Shown: positions 24,960 through 37,689 of the stretch, in pieces
Numbering within the stretch: the stretch's first letter is position 1
Layout of the letters: every line of letters begins with the position of its first letter
Source: Ginglymostoma cirratum
Taxonomy: Eukaryota
NCBI GenBank assembly: GCA_024137785.1
Contig: JAHRHZ010000021.1
Coordinates: 29,957,476 to 30,021,475, forward strand
DNA: 64,000 nt
Direction of reading: 5' to 3'
The notes under the pieces: model-generated
Database searches by the model: none
What the model saw: the letters and a program-made list of their open reading frames with translations, nothing else
Told to the model about the DNA's origin: nothing
Translations under genes and position numbers: made by a program

Positions 24960-26280
24960 ACACAGTCCATCATATCACCAATGCAGTCAAACACGTTTTC
25001 TGATTCTTCATGTAGCAGTGTAAAATTCTGGAATATTTCCACAGCCTTAATTATTTCAGCTAGAGAAATATCACAGGTGAACAGCAGGTACTCATCAGCC
25101 TCCTGAGTTTAAGAACATATTGCATCTATAATTGCCTCATCTGTTGGTTATGGTCTGCAGTGAAGTATTATCCACATCAGCGCAAGTTTCCACTGTAGTC
25201 TCCCCCAGATATTTCCATGTCAGCTTCCCGTGGGTAAGCAACATTAGGTTAGTCATCACGTTGATTGGCCTCACCATGCTCCTCCTCATTCTTGGCATCT
25301 TGCACATGTTTAGTTCGCTTGAACATAGCATGGCTAAGAAGTTGGAAATATGGCTTCTGTCATCATCTTTTTCATCAAAAACATGGCCTCGACAACAGTT
25401 GGAGTATACTCCTGCTTTTTCTTGATAGCTTTGATAATCTCAAAGATCAGGTAAAATCAGTAGTTTGATTTTGAATTCCTAAATCACTCACTGATCCATT
25501 GGTCAGAACTTGGCCAAGATACTGGGAGGGAACAAATGTTGCTTGAGGGTGGCAATTCTGGTGTGCAAGGGCTGTTGTCTTTAATGATTATATTCTTCCT
25601 TTACATCCATTGATACATTTTGTCCATTTTCCTAATCCATGCCTCAAAAATCCTGGATGTCTTCCAGGTGATTTTGTTAGCCCTGTATCGTGTGTGGAGT
25701 TCTTGACACTCAAGACAACATGGCTTCTTGGACTTTCTTATCACAAATAGGAGCAGCTGTTTCAGTCCATCCACCTTGGTACAAACCATTAAAGTGATAC
25801 AGTCCATGCTTCACTTTCCACATTTACATATATTTTCTTTAAACATAAAGAATAATTTGGTTAAAAAATAGAGTAAAACGGTCTGATTTCATCCTCGTTA
25901 TAAATGTTTCTTGATGAATATTCATTCAGAACCTGGGCAAGACTATTTTGCAGCCAATCATCTGTCATCGTCGCTGTGACTGACAGCTTGCACTACTCAC
26001 TGCTTGTAAAGGATTCCTTGTTTTGTTTTGAATTGATCCAGCTATCTGTTGCTGCAGGTGAGTTTCTTGTGGCCAATCTTTTATGGCAGGATAAGTCCCG
26101 TTTGTAGGATAGTACCAGAGATGGGAACTTTCTCTGCTCCTGCAGCCTTCAATCACATTAGCAAAGCTTCTTCATCAGGATTGACAGCTTTTCTCATCAT
26201 TTTTCTTGCTTGAGAGAATGCCCACTAATCTAACCATGACTCATTTTATTTTCACCATAGTCAAGCACTGTCTGTGCCAG
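24960..26280 (-). mobile_element. Tigger/pogo (CENP-B-like DDE_1) DNA transposon, decayed transposase
   Basis: Minus-strand YSSRNIYNEDE and ITLMVCTKVDGLKQLLLFVIRKSKKPCC...YRANKITWKTSRIFEAWIRKMD match Tigger DDE_1 motifs. A second diverged fragment lies at 24270-24480. Confidence 0.8.
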
Positions 26281-28606
26281 TAAGATTGCTTTGCTTTGCA
26301 GCACTGACAAGCACTTTTAGTATTTGGTATCTAGCCTAATAAGTGAACTGGTTTCTTAACTGATCAGATAATTTAAAAAATCATCTATACATTCAACTTG
26401 ATATTTAAGTCTTCTACCAAACCTTAATCTTTCAAGAATTTTATTAGCCCTAAGATTGAAATCATTGTCAAAGGCTTTTAGTACCTCTTCAAAAATATCT
26501 ATTGCTGCTTTTACCCCCACGTGAACTATAATATCATTGGTTACACAACAATTATGCATATAAGTGTATTTATTTGTTCAGCTTCAGAATTACTATGGAA
26601 TTTGAAAGCTTTTCTGTGTTTCCATGTGTTTTCTCTCAGATGCCCACCTTGAAATTAAGTTTTCCTGGCACTATTATTTATGACGACATAACTTATTAAT
26701 GTGATTATGTATTTTGCCTGCTTTAAAAAAAAGCTTTTATTTCACAGTAATACCAGGTCTGCTGCTCTTTGCTGCTGTACTGGATGTCTTTCCTGCATTT
26801 TGTGGCTACAAGAGTGGATTCCTGCCTTCTCACGGTTGAAGTGGAGAATCTCTGCCGTTTTCACAACTTCACTGTACAGACCCCACTGTGTGATTTTAGT
26901 GAGAAAATCCCTTTTAATAAACAATTCCCACTCCTCACCATTTAAACGAATGGTTCTTGTCTTTATCGGAGCTCTTATGACGGATTCCCGACTTTGTCTA
27001 CGGACTGAGTAAAGTCTCTCAAACTATCTTTTCCTGTTAGACCAGGTGTGCTTAATCTTTTAAGCTGCTCAATGCTATTACTTTGGTTACTCACTTTGCA
27101 ATATGCCCAAGTCTACAAACTTGGATTAATATTTCTTTTGTGGCACTTTGCTCCATTTCTGTTGTCGTGAATCATGACGCAGATTTGCTGCGATGCTCAA
27201 TCTAAATTTTGTTGCATTTCCCGCTTGGATTGGTGCACCTTTTTACAGCTCCCCGGCCCACCTGGGATTTAAGCTTTACTCAAGAAGCCTTCAATGTCTG
27301 TTTGCTCATCACTAAATTGTGATTCAGGACCACACCCACAGACCACTGCCTTGATTTGTAGTTAATAATTATGGAGTTTGTAATTTTGAAGTTACAAATT
27401 CTCATTCTCCAGAGATTAGTACCTTTCCACTTGAACACCTATCTCACCAGGTGTGAAATGATTTTACAATTCAGTGGAGTATACTTCCTTGTTTAGGGTT
27501 GCCACAAGGTTTTCTTCTATAACCTTCTTAAATCTTTAGCTCTTCTCTTCTACTGTGATTATGAGCACAGAATTTAAAGCTCAGTCTGAAGATCTCACTG
27601 TGCTGTTCTCCAGGTACTATGAGTCAGATCAAATCCACACCACTGACTACCACACTGTATGGACATGGCAATTTTCTATGCCATATGAGCTACAGTTCAT
27701 GTTGAAGGTTACTGAATCATCTCTGTCAACTACATAAAACTGTGGGATCTCGTGTGGTACAGGAAAATCACTTCCTAGTCTAACTAGAAGAGTCTCTTGT
27801 AGCTTATTGCACATGGGCAACTATAGGTTGAATTGATATGATAGACTTTGTTACAGTCTTTGGGGAGGACCAATCTCACCCCTTCAAGATCCTAAGCTAT
27901 TCTGCCCAGAAATCCATCTGACTTCACCACTGTGGGTGACGATTATGCCACCCTTCAGTATTAACCCTTTTACACCCATATTCAACACAGTTAAATGCTT
28001 AATTGTTTGGTAAACAAAGCAGATATCTGGTTGCTCCCAATGAGGCAATTACTACTTTTTGAAGAGAATTTCTGAATGCATAGGCAAAGAGTCAAATCAC
28101 TGAATGACAATAGTTAGACTGCAGTGCAACTATGCAGATGCACTGATAATACCAGACATGATGTACCTTCATCATATACATAACTGGCTTCTTCAGGTGG
28201 AAAGGCAAAGGAAATTTTATCAGTCCACAGTAAGTGAGTGTCATTAATAATTAATTTAAACACCGGTTTGGGAACATAAAGTTCACTAGATCTACTCCAT
28301 GAATTAATAACACTAGTATGCATTACATAATACATTTACTAAACGAACACAAGTTTCCCATTCACATGGTGCATCGCACCATGGATAAGTGTCAGTTGAT
28401 GAAATATAAACCATTTATAGCATCACATGTTACCTGCAAAATTCAGGCCATGATTTATGACTTTCCATACTATATATATGCAAGGTCTCTCAGTTCTCTA
28501 TTTTCCAAATTAAGACTCAATGCAAAATAAATCCAAGCCAAAATGTAATTTTTACAGTAGTTTTAAGGCAAGCAGGGCAGAGTAAATAAATTGAAGATTC
28601 ACCTAC

Positions 28607-28685
28607 CTGTAGAAAATGCTGCCCAGGGGATGGCTGGTGAGACTGACTGTGTTCCCATTTCACCATCTTCAAAGCTCTCTGCTGC
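28607..28685 (-). CDS. CCDC91: CCDC91 coding exon (AAESFEDGEMGTQSVSPAIPWAAFST)
   Basis: TTAG| acceptor and |GTAGGT donor, 79 nt, phase 0 to 1. SPAIPWAAF is identical to the recalled human CCDC91 sequence. Confidence 0.95.
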
Positions 28686-30571
28686 CTAAGCACATTTTTT
28701 TACAAAAAACACAGTTCAATTTGGCAGTACTGACTTAATTCCCAAAAATATTTTAAAAAGAATGACGAATCATCAGAATTTATTCAGAATAAAACTGAAA
28801 GATGAGAAAGTGCTTAGTTGAAGGTAGCTTGGGGCTGACTTGGAACCCATTTCATAAAATGTGAAGCTGAATGCAGTTAGGCATATAACAGATTCTGAAG
28901 TCAAATTTTGATGCAATATCTAAGTTTTGAACACAGTTGCTCATTATGAAATAATTCTCTTTCCCCTCCTACCCAGTGCAAAATAAGTTTTTAAACTACA
29001 CTACAATAGTTGCCAGAGAAATGTCTTATTCTCCCATATGAATAGACAGCAAATAAAACAACAGCACCAAGAGTAATTTAAAATTCACACATCTACAAAA
29101 ATCTTCTTGTGCCATAATGCCCTCAAGGCACAAAGTCAAAGCTATGAAAACATTCTGTGCTGTGCTGACTAAAAATAATGCCTCCCTGGATGGTTCACTA
29201 AGTACACTTACTGTTGCACTGAGCCACACAAACCAGCTAAGATCACAGTTACAACCTGCAGCCTCTGCTGTGGTAGGGGATCTGTGCTGGATTGGCTACT
29301 ACAATTGGCCTATTTCTCAAAGTTTGGGAGAGAACAGAAGGAAAGAAAATAGTGAAGATTTCTGAGCAAAGTAGCACAATTATAATGGTCATTATTTACT
29401 TCTACTAAAAAATCTCTTATTTTGCAACGATAATTTGCTTTTCCAAAACTGAATATGAGCACTTTCAATGTGAACAATCTAGTCAATAAACGTCAGTTTC
29501 AGTTAAATTAAGGCGAATCTATTCAGAGATTAACTCGAATCAATTTATATTTGCTCAAGGAAGCTGTCGTTCTTGTTTTGGGACCTCAACAGGCTAATTG
29601 CTCAAAAGATGACACGAGTTTCAACTCATTTGGCCAGGTCACTACAGGGGTCTTTCCATAAAACCCAAGCGGTAGGCTTCATGATGTTCATATTCCAATA
29701 TGAGATCCAACAGTACACAGACGGGATTGGTGAGAAAGACTTTATATATATATAAAACAGTTTGCTTTGGCACAAAACTCTTTTTTCAGTGTACTGTATG
29801 AATCCCAACCAGACTGATGGAACGAACATTCTTCTCTCTGTTATCTGCAAGAATTTTCGCCTGAAAATAATTTGAGTAGTTATTCAATTGCTATGCTTTA
29901 AAATTGTTTACAAGCTAGAGATTGTACAAAGCAGCTAATACTTTCCAGGAGAAAAAAAGTCCTGCTGGTGTATTAAGTGATGGGATCTAACCACATCACT
30001 ATGGCAGCAGAAGAAAGGGATTTCAAGAAGTGCTGCTTCTAAGTTGGAGTCAGCTAATGACAAGAATGTGGCCCATTCCATCCTAAAGACTTCCTTTTAT
30101 TTAGTAAGCACATTAAAAAAAATCAGATCAAGGTTAATTAAAAGCATTTATCATAAAACATAGCATCCAGAGCCCCTTCTTATTTGAAAGGACAGCCTAC
30201 ATGCAAGAAAAACACTTGGTCCCCTCCACAAACAGCTCCAGAAGGAATTACTATTCACCTTGTCTTGGTAGTTAGCCAGAATGAGGTCCTTTATAGTAAA
30301 TGTGAAAGCAATTCTGTGTATGAAGTTCTTCTGGGAACTGCAGTAAGACTGCCAAAATCCATTTCATACCTTCATTGCCTTAAGCTAACTAAGATTTTTT
30401 TACTCCCATCTGTCTGGGCTAAATTCAAAATATGATTCCACAAGAAAACCACACTATTTCACCACAATGTACCACCCATCACTTGAATGGTACATATCCA
30501 AAATTTAACCAAACAAAAAGACAAGAATCTGAAGCCAAGCATAAACTTATTCTGCACAGTTCAATACATAC

Positions 30572-30601
30572 CTCAAATCCTCCAAACTCATCATCATCCA
30601 T
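30572..30601 (-). CDS. CCDC91: CCDC91 first coding exon (MDDDEFGGFE); whole exon 30572-30615 including 14 nt of 5'UTR
   Basis: Minus strand reads TTTGTAG|GTGCGCAGTGAAAG ATG GAT GAT GAT GAG TTT GGA GGA TTT GAG|GTATGT. Matches the recalled human N-terminus MDDDDFGGFE (GAE-ear binding motif). Ends in phase 0. Confidence 0.93.
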
Positions 30602-31789
30602 CTTTCACTGCGCACCTACAAAGATCAAATATGTATGCAATTATAATATCCCATAATATTCATTCAAACAATACATCTGTCAAGAAACATTTTCATCAAA
30701 GCTTGAAAGAATTGTATGCATTTTCACTACAGTATAGGAAAATTTAACAAATCACTGAAGCAGTATACCACAAATATCCCCATGGTCAACGGAAGAGCCC
30801 AACACATCACTGCAAAAGATAAAGTTGAAGAATTTGCAGCAATCTAACACAATATAACAATAGATCAATACAACACAAGAAGCCAAAGAAATGCTCTTTG
30901 TCCTAGACAGCGACATACAGATTTGCTGTATGGGCTCATATGACATTGACGAGAGCGTCAGAGAATGCATTTTCAATTGATCTTTTTCCATGCGGTTGGT
31001 GGACACACATGGTGGTACAATTAGTACAATATTGCATCCATACACCTAATGTGAACATCCACATAAGTCATTTTTTTCTCATTGAATCATGACAACTTCC
31101 AACTTTATACATATCCTGCCTATACATCAACATAATTATCCCAATAATTAACATTTTATTGATATGTGGTAACTAAAGATGATTAACAAATGACTTATAC
31201 ATTTGTATCACTTCTTGAGTTCATTATAACTTATTTAGTATTCTTTACTCAAAAGATTACTCATGGCATTACTTAGGTTGTAGCATATTGTAGAGTTGGC
31301 ATTCATTGCACTCATTGATAGGGTGACATGCTGCACAGGGGATTTTGTGGTTGCTGCACTTGTAGGAATTGTGCCTGATGTTGCTAATATTGTGACATTT
31401 GTTTCTGATGCTGTCAATGTTGCACCATTGTTGGTGATGTTGTCAATGTTGTTGCTGATCGTTTTTGATTTTCCAACTCCAGTGTAGATCTGTTACAAAT
31501 TCTGTTCATTCTCAATTGTTTATTTATTTTGGCCTCTATGACATATTATCTTTTAAGTCTTGGCTTCAACAACTATTACTAGGTTTCACATTTTCATGAT
31601 TTTTCATGCAGAGTTTGTGTTTTCAACAAATCAGTCAGGGTTTGGTAAACTTGTAGAAGTGCTGACTTTTCATTACCTGTGCATTAGTGAGTTATCATCT
31701 TACCTCATCGTGGCCACTTGGAGAAAGTACCTTTCTTTTTAAGAGTATTTACTCTTAGAAGAGTAAGAGCTAATAAAAGGTACATATTC

Positions 31790-32095
31790 CTACAATGCGA
31801 CTGAAAGCTGATAAATATCCTGGATCTGATGATCTACAGTCTAGAATTTTGAAAAGAGGAGGCTGTACAGATAGCAGATCCATTAGTTGTCATTTTCCAT
31901 AATTCTACAGATTCTGGAATTGTGCCTACACATTGGAAGGTAGCAAATGTAACTCTACAATTGGAGAAAAGAGGGGGAGAGAAAATGTTGAACAGGCTTT
32001 TTAGCCTGACATTATTAGTAATAGTAGTAGTAGTAGTAGTTAAGATGCCTAAATCTATTATAAAGGATGTGATAATAGAACACTTATAAAATAAT
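31790..32095 (+). mobile_element. CR1 (family B) RT fragment with an internal (TAG)n expansion
   Basis: LKADKYPGSDDLQSRILK...IFHNSTDSGIVPTHWKVANVT motif. Confidence 0.75.
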
Positions 32096-32136
32096 GGTTG
32101 GAGTTGGTACAATCAAAAATAACAGAACATTAGGTA

Positions 32137-32682
32137 GAGATAGCAGGAATTGCAGATGCTGGAGAATCTGAGATAACAAGGTGTAGAGAGCTGGATGAAC
32201 ACAGCANNNNNNNNNNNNNNNNNNNNNNNNNNNNNNNNNNNNNNNNNNNNNNNNNNNNNNNNNNNNNNNNNNNNNNNNNNNNNNNNNNNNNNNNNNNNNN
32301 NNNNNNNNNNNNNNNNNNNNNNNNNNNNNNNNNNNNNNNNNNNNNNNNNNNNNNNNNNNNNNNNNNNNNNNNNNNNNNNNNNNNNNNNNNNNNNNNNNNN
32401 NNNNNNNNNNNNNNNNNNNNNNNNNNNNNNNNNNNNNNNNNNNNNNNNNNNNNNNNNNNNNNNNNNNNNNNNNNNNNNNNNNNNNNNNNNNNNNNNNNNN
32501 NNNNNNNNNNNNNNNNNNNNNNNNNNNNNNNNNNNNNNNNNNNNNNNNNNNNNNNNNNNNNNNNNNNNNNNNNNNNNNNNNNNNNNNNNNNNNNNNNNNN
32601 NNNNNNCTGCTTGGCCTGCTGTGTTCATCCAGCTCCACACCTTGTTATCTCGGATTCTCCAGCATCTGCAGTACCTATTATC
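32137..32682. mobile_element. Inverted Penelope terminal repeats flanking an assembly gap
   Basis: Left arm GCAGATGCTGGAGAATCTGAGATAACAAGG...; right arm is its reverse complement. The interior is N. Confidence 0.8.
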
Positions 32683-32684
32683 CT

Positions 32685-34800
32685 GGCAATACTCCAGCTC
32701 CCTTTAAGGCCAAAATGTAGACCCAGGAATTTGTGCCTTTCAATGTGTGTCAAATGTTATCAATGTTAAAATTCCTTATCAAGTGAGGTTGTTGGCTTGA
32801 TCGCCAAGCTGGCTGTTTATCGTATGGACGCTTCATCACCATGCTAATTAACATCATCAGTGTGGCCTCCAATGAAGCGTGTTGTTCTACTCTGCTTGGA
32901 ATTTATATGATCTGGTCTGTTAAGTTGGGTTGTGTCATTTCCGGTTCTGTTCTGCATGGGTTTGTATATGGGTTATAATTCCACGTTTGTTGATTGCATT
33001 ATGGGTTCAAAACCAGGCCTGTCGGAATTCCCGTGTGTGTCTGTGGCTTGAGCTAGGATGGTCACGTTGTCCCTGTTAAATTAATAGCCTTCATTGTCCT
33101 ACAACCACTAGGAGTCATGTTAGCACAAAAATCCACACTACGACAACCCCTCACAAGGACGAAAGACCCCATATCCATAACATGCAGGACCAACGTGGTT
33201 TACAAAATACCTTACAACGGCTGCAACAAACATTACATCAGCCAGACCAGAAGTAAACTAGCCATCAGGATACACAAACACCAGCTAGCAGCAAAATGAC
33301 ACGATGAACTTTCCCTCATTTCAGTGCATTCAGACAATGAAAGCCATCAATTTAACTGGGACAATGTGACCATCCTAGCTCAAGCCAACCACAGACATGC
33401 ACGGGAATTCCTAGAGGCATGGTTTTCAACCCGTAATGCAATCAACAAAAGTGTGGAATTAAACTCCATATACAAACCCATGCAAAAAAGAACCGGAAAT
33501 GACACAACCCAACTTAACAGACCAGATTGTGTAAATTCCAAGCGGAGTAGGACAACATCGCTTCATCAGAGGCCGCACTGATGGTGTTACCTACCATGGT
33601 GATGAGACGTCTGTACGATAACCAGCCAGCTCGGCGAGCAAGCCAACAACCTCTTCCACAACCCGAGCTACAAATCTTCACAAGATTTATATTCCAGTAG
33701 CCATTTCTGACATCATGCTTGTTGAAAACCACTGTCATTTGCAATGCTGGTGTAAAACTTTTCTAATGTTGGAACAAGGTTGTGATTTCTCTTTATTGCT
33801 TGATTAAGAGCTTTGTAATTTAAGCAAATTCTTACATATACATTTGTTTTTCTGTTATTATGATAAAATTCCTATAATCTTTAAATCGTGACACTGATGG
33901 TCCCTTTCATTTCTTCCATCCTTTGGAGTTCTTTTTCTTGCTTTACTTTTTGTTCTACTGTTACTTTATATGGGGAATGGATTATTGGCTTCTTCAAAGC
34001 AAGCCATTGTTGTCACCAAAACTCTGGGCACATCTGTACCAGATCTTCCTTGCTTCTGATCAGAGGCCATTTTACAATAGGTGTACTACCTTCACTTTTC
34101 AGTGTTGTCTCCTTCTCTCACTGTTTACTGAAATAAACTGCAGCTCTTCACGACTGCTCAACTGCAGGGCAGTAGAACTATCCGATTGTGTGGCATAGAT
34201 TACACAGTTAATGTCATTTCCTTTGCACATTCTATTGACTTTGGATGTTCCTGGTTGTTGTATCTCAGTTTCATCATGGGTCGCCAGCAGGACGTTACTC
34301 TGTTTCAGGACATATTTGCTTGGATAATAATTTTCTATCAAATTTTCACAAACTCCTGGTATATTCTGAGGGGAATGATGTTACCCTATGCTCAGGTATC
34401 AATCTTCACCTTCATATTTATGGTAGAGGCTTATTTTGCACTCTCTTCCTCATGTGGAATCTTGTGTGATTTTATTTTATTGGAAGTTATCACATCCATT
34501 TCATGCAGTTATTTGGTTCCTAAATCTATTGTGATTTCAAACTCATCATAACCATTCAGCATATGAGTGTTATCACTTCTCATTCACCCTGTTACTCTGA
34601 TACCACTTTTAACATGTTTCCTTGCCTCAAGTTCTATTTCTAGTGATTGAGCTTCCACAAGTTACACAATTTGATCCAAATATCTACAGTTGTTGTGAGC
34701 ATGCAGTCAGCCACAGCTCCTGCAAATATTTGTTTCTGTATGGTGCACATTTTTTTTTGTTGCTATTTTATTGTATTAATCCCACAGCCTTTCTCTTGAC
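32685..34800 (-). mobile_element. Ty3/Gypsy LTR retrotransposon remnant (protease and RT), interrupted by a Penelope insertion
   Basis: Minus-strand VKIDT*A*GNIIPLRIYQE (DTG protease), KALNQAIKRNHNLVPTLE and VFNKHDVRNGYWNI, then after the PLE, LITFDT...HKFLGLHFGLK. Confidence 0.8.
32782..33680 (+). mobile_element. Penelope (Poseidon-type) 3' fragment with an inverted 5' copy
   Basis: KDPISITCRTNVVYKIPYNGCNKHYISQT (GIY-YIG) and AREFLEAWFS. 32782-33100 is an inverted copy of ~33330-33655. Hammerhead boxes are degenerate. Confidence 0.85.
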
Positions 34801-35489
34801 TTAACTGAAGGTAGTCAGTATCTTCGGCAATCTATAGCCTGCAATATTACAAGCTTGTCCTTTCCAACTAAATCTCTTTATACTTGCTCTCGGGATGCTC
34901 TTGGGAGGGTCGGTGTGAACTCGATGGGCCAAATAGCCTNNNNNNNNNNCGACTGCGACACCTTATTCTCATAATTCACTCAATTTATTGTCCTTCTTTT
35001 GGCACAGATGTAGTGTCTCTACCCCTGGAATGGGAGTCATTGGTTCAAGTCCCATTTGATCCAAAGGTGTGTGATAATGTCTCTGAACAGGGTGGTTGGA
35101 AAAATAGGTTCACTCAGCTTTTTCTCTGTTATTAATTTGTGTTTACTTTTACAATCTAATTCAGCATTATAACTGTTTAAATTGTTTGGGTTTTAACTGT
35201 CTGACATTCTACACCACCATAGACACATCCACCACGTTATGTCTTCTAGTTCCCAAAAGGTTTCAAAACGATCAGCATTTTGAGTTTTTTGAAGTGTAAG
35301 AGTTTCCTAGGGTGTGTTTTTGCTACTTTGCATCTGATTGGTTGGCTGAGCATTTGTCGCTTAACACCTGACAGCAGCGCAGCAGTAAATGTATATCTGC
35401 ATAACAACTGATACCCAGATCTTTCTAAAAATCTAACAGAAATAGCTTTTCTCGAAAGATAATTCACTAGAGCCCATGCCTAACAACTC

Positions 35490-35753
35490 ATGCTTCACTT
35501 CTTTACCCCAGGAAGGGGAGGAGATGCTCACCCAGGAGGGGGTCATGGAGCCCACCTGTTTGCCCCAGGAGGGGGTCATGGAGCCCACCTGTTTGCCCCA
35601 GGAGGTAGAGGGGGTGCTCACCTGTTTACCCCAGGAGGGGGACATAGAGTTCACCTATTTGGCCCAGGAGGAATATGTGGATGGAGGGATTTGCTCACCT
35701 GTTTACCCCATGGAGGGGTATGTGGATAGAGAGGGGACGGGGTTACTCACCTA
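35490..35753. repeat. Degenerate ~33-bp G-rich minisatellite directly downstream of CCDC91 exon 1
   Basis: About 7 units resembling CCCAGGAGGGGGTCATGGAGCCCACCTGTTTGC, with two exact adjacent copies. Confidence 0.9.
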
Positions 35754-35900
35754 GTTACCTGCGGCCCCCGTACCTGCCCAGTGCCCGCGAGCCTCGCGCT
35801 GGCCGTTGCGACGGTTCCGCGCTCGCGGCCTGCCAGCCGGAAGCGTTCACAGCCAAGACAGTGCGTGCAGCTCTCCGCGTGGCCAGCTCTGTTCGGAAAA
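35751..35900 (-). promoter_or_regulatory. Small CpG island: probable CCDC91 promoter and non-coding exon 1
   Basis: Only CpG-dense patch in the window. ETS motif CCGGAAG at 35837-35843. Three minus-strand donors (exon ends 35774 CAG|GTACGG, 35759 CAG|GTAACT, 35751 TAG|GTGAGT), about 5 kb upstream of the ATG exon. Confidence 0.75.
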
Positions 35901-36369
35901 GACTGCTCCCTCGTTTACTTGCAGCGTAGTTAACCCGACAATGACAGCAAAAAAAAGGAGACAAACGAATGTTGCCCTTCGATGTCGAAAAATATGTTGC
36001 CGTCTATTCCAGAGTTTATAATACTGCCCCCTTCAGCTACTTTCAAAAAATACCAAGGGCCGCACAGGGATCAGACCGGATGACGCTTTCAGTTTCAATG
36101 TAATTCCAATATTCCAGGAATCTGAAATGATAAAAGAAGCAAAAAACGCTGAAAATACTCAGCATGTCACGAAGCATTTACGGGAAAAGGAACAGAATTC
36201 ATGTTTCAGCTCAAGGATCTTGAGATTTATTTGGCTGCCAATTTGGAAACTTTTCACAAACCTGAAAAGCAAATGTTGAGAGCAGGTTTACTCCTTAGAA
36301 GTGGCTGGACAGGCTACACAGCGTAACTGACAAATCACGGGACAGCAAAGCACAATTCATGCCAGCAAG

Positions 36370-37180
36370 GAAGAAGTTTTTAATGGGGAAGATAGGGTAG
36401 GAGGAGGGGTAAGGAGTAAACAATAGGTGGAGATAGAGCCCAAGGAGACAGAAGAAGTTGAACAAAGGTGTGGATAACGATTAGGAGAATGGCTACGAAT
36501 GAAGACTATTAGTGGCTAACAATGGGTTGTGTGTAATAGCAGATCATGTGATAACAAGGCCTGGTGTGTGGGGGTTGTGGTCTGAACGTGAGAGAAGGTG
36601 CTTGAAGCCCTAAAATTGTTGTATTCAACATTGAGTCCCATAACGTTATTATAGAGTTCAAAAGTGGAAAATGAGGTGCTGTTCTGCCAATTTGCTCTCA
36701 GCTTCGCTGGAGCACTGTATCAAGCCTGAGACAGAAATGTTGGCCAGAGAACACGGTGGTTTGTTGAAGCGGCAGGGAATTGGAAGCTCAGGGTCATTTT
36801 TTTGAGGACAGAACGTAAGTGTTCTGCAGAGCTATCACCCAGTCTTTTCTTCATTTTCCCAATGTAGAGGAGGCCACATTGTGAGCAGTGAATTCACTAA
36901 CGTCCTTTTGGGAAGGAAACTGCCATCCTTACCTGAACTGGCCTACGTGTGACTCCAGACTCACAGTAATGTGGTTGACTCATAACTGCCCTCTGGGCAA
37001 TTAGGGATGTGCAATAAATGCTGGCCTAGCCAGTGACACCCTCATCGCATGAATGAATGAATAAAGAATGCAGTAGACTAGGTTGAGTGAAGTGCAGGTC
37101 AAGTGTTGCTTCACCTGGGATGTGCATTTAGGCTTTTAGATATTGAGGAGGGAGGAAGTAAATAGGCAGGTGTTACACAT
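36370..37180 (-). mobile_element. Old Penelope remnant with a nested SINE 3' part (36895-37065, + strand)
   Basis: Minus-strand IHCSQCGLLYIG (GIY-YIG). The nested SINE ends in a family A-type tail GCAATAAATGCTGGCC...GAATGAATAAA. Confidence 0.7.
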
Positions 37181-37689
37181 TACCCACTTGTCAGCCATGC
37201 TTTGCTGTATCCTCCTTACAAATCCTGCTGCCCCCTTCACAACTGTACTATATTCTTGTCCAGACCCCTGACTGGTGCTTGTATTATCTCCCTGACCTTA
37301 TTAACTCTACCGCCTGGACTAGAAACTATGGAGCCAATGGAGTGACTATGACCCATTCCCTGGACTGAAGAAGCATGGACTCGCTGAATGAGAACACTCC
37401 TACCGGATGCCTGACCGTGGCCAGTTCCCTCAACTGGTATGGGAGGCTTAACCTACTGTCCTGGAACCTTTAACTGAAAAGTGCCTTTAATGGACTTAAG
37501 TGAGGACTACTCCACTAAGACTTTGAGATATTGCTGCCTGATCTACACGTGCAGTATGTTTGCCACATTGACTGCTGGCATGTGAAGCAGGTGTAAGATT
37601 GACATAGCACACTGCTGTACGGCAAAATGTCCATCCGCTAAACAGCAGTTAGGAAGCCAAGCTGCCTATTTCTGTGATTGCACTAATTG

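Noticed and set aside
32084-32707. ORFs of 170-184 aa (similar ones at 4484-4872)
   Set aside because: They consist mostly of X from N-gaps.
33570-33615. Hammerhead-like motifs in the Poseidon-type element (also 32826-32862)
   Set aside because: Core boxes are mutated (CUGAUGG/GAGAC and GAAGC), so they were not called as functional ribozymes.
35476-35754. Repetitive ORF (LPQEG repeats)
   Set aside because: It is the translation of the 33-bp minisatellite, antisense to CCDC91, with no other coding evidence.
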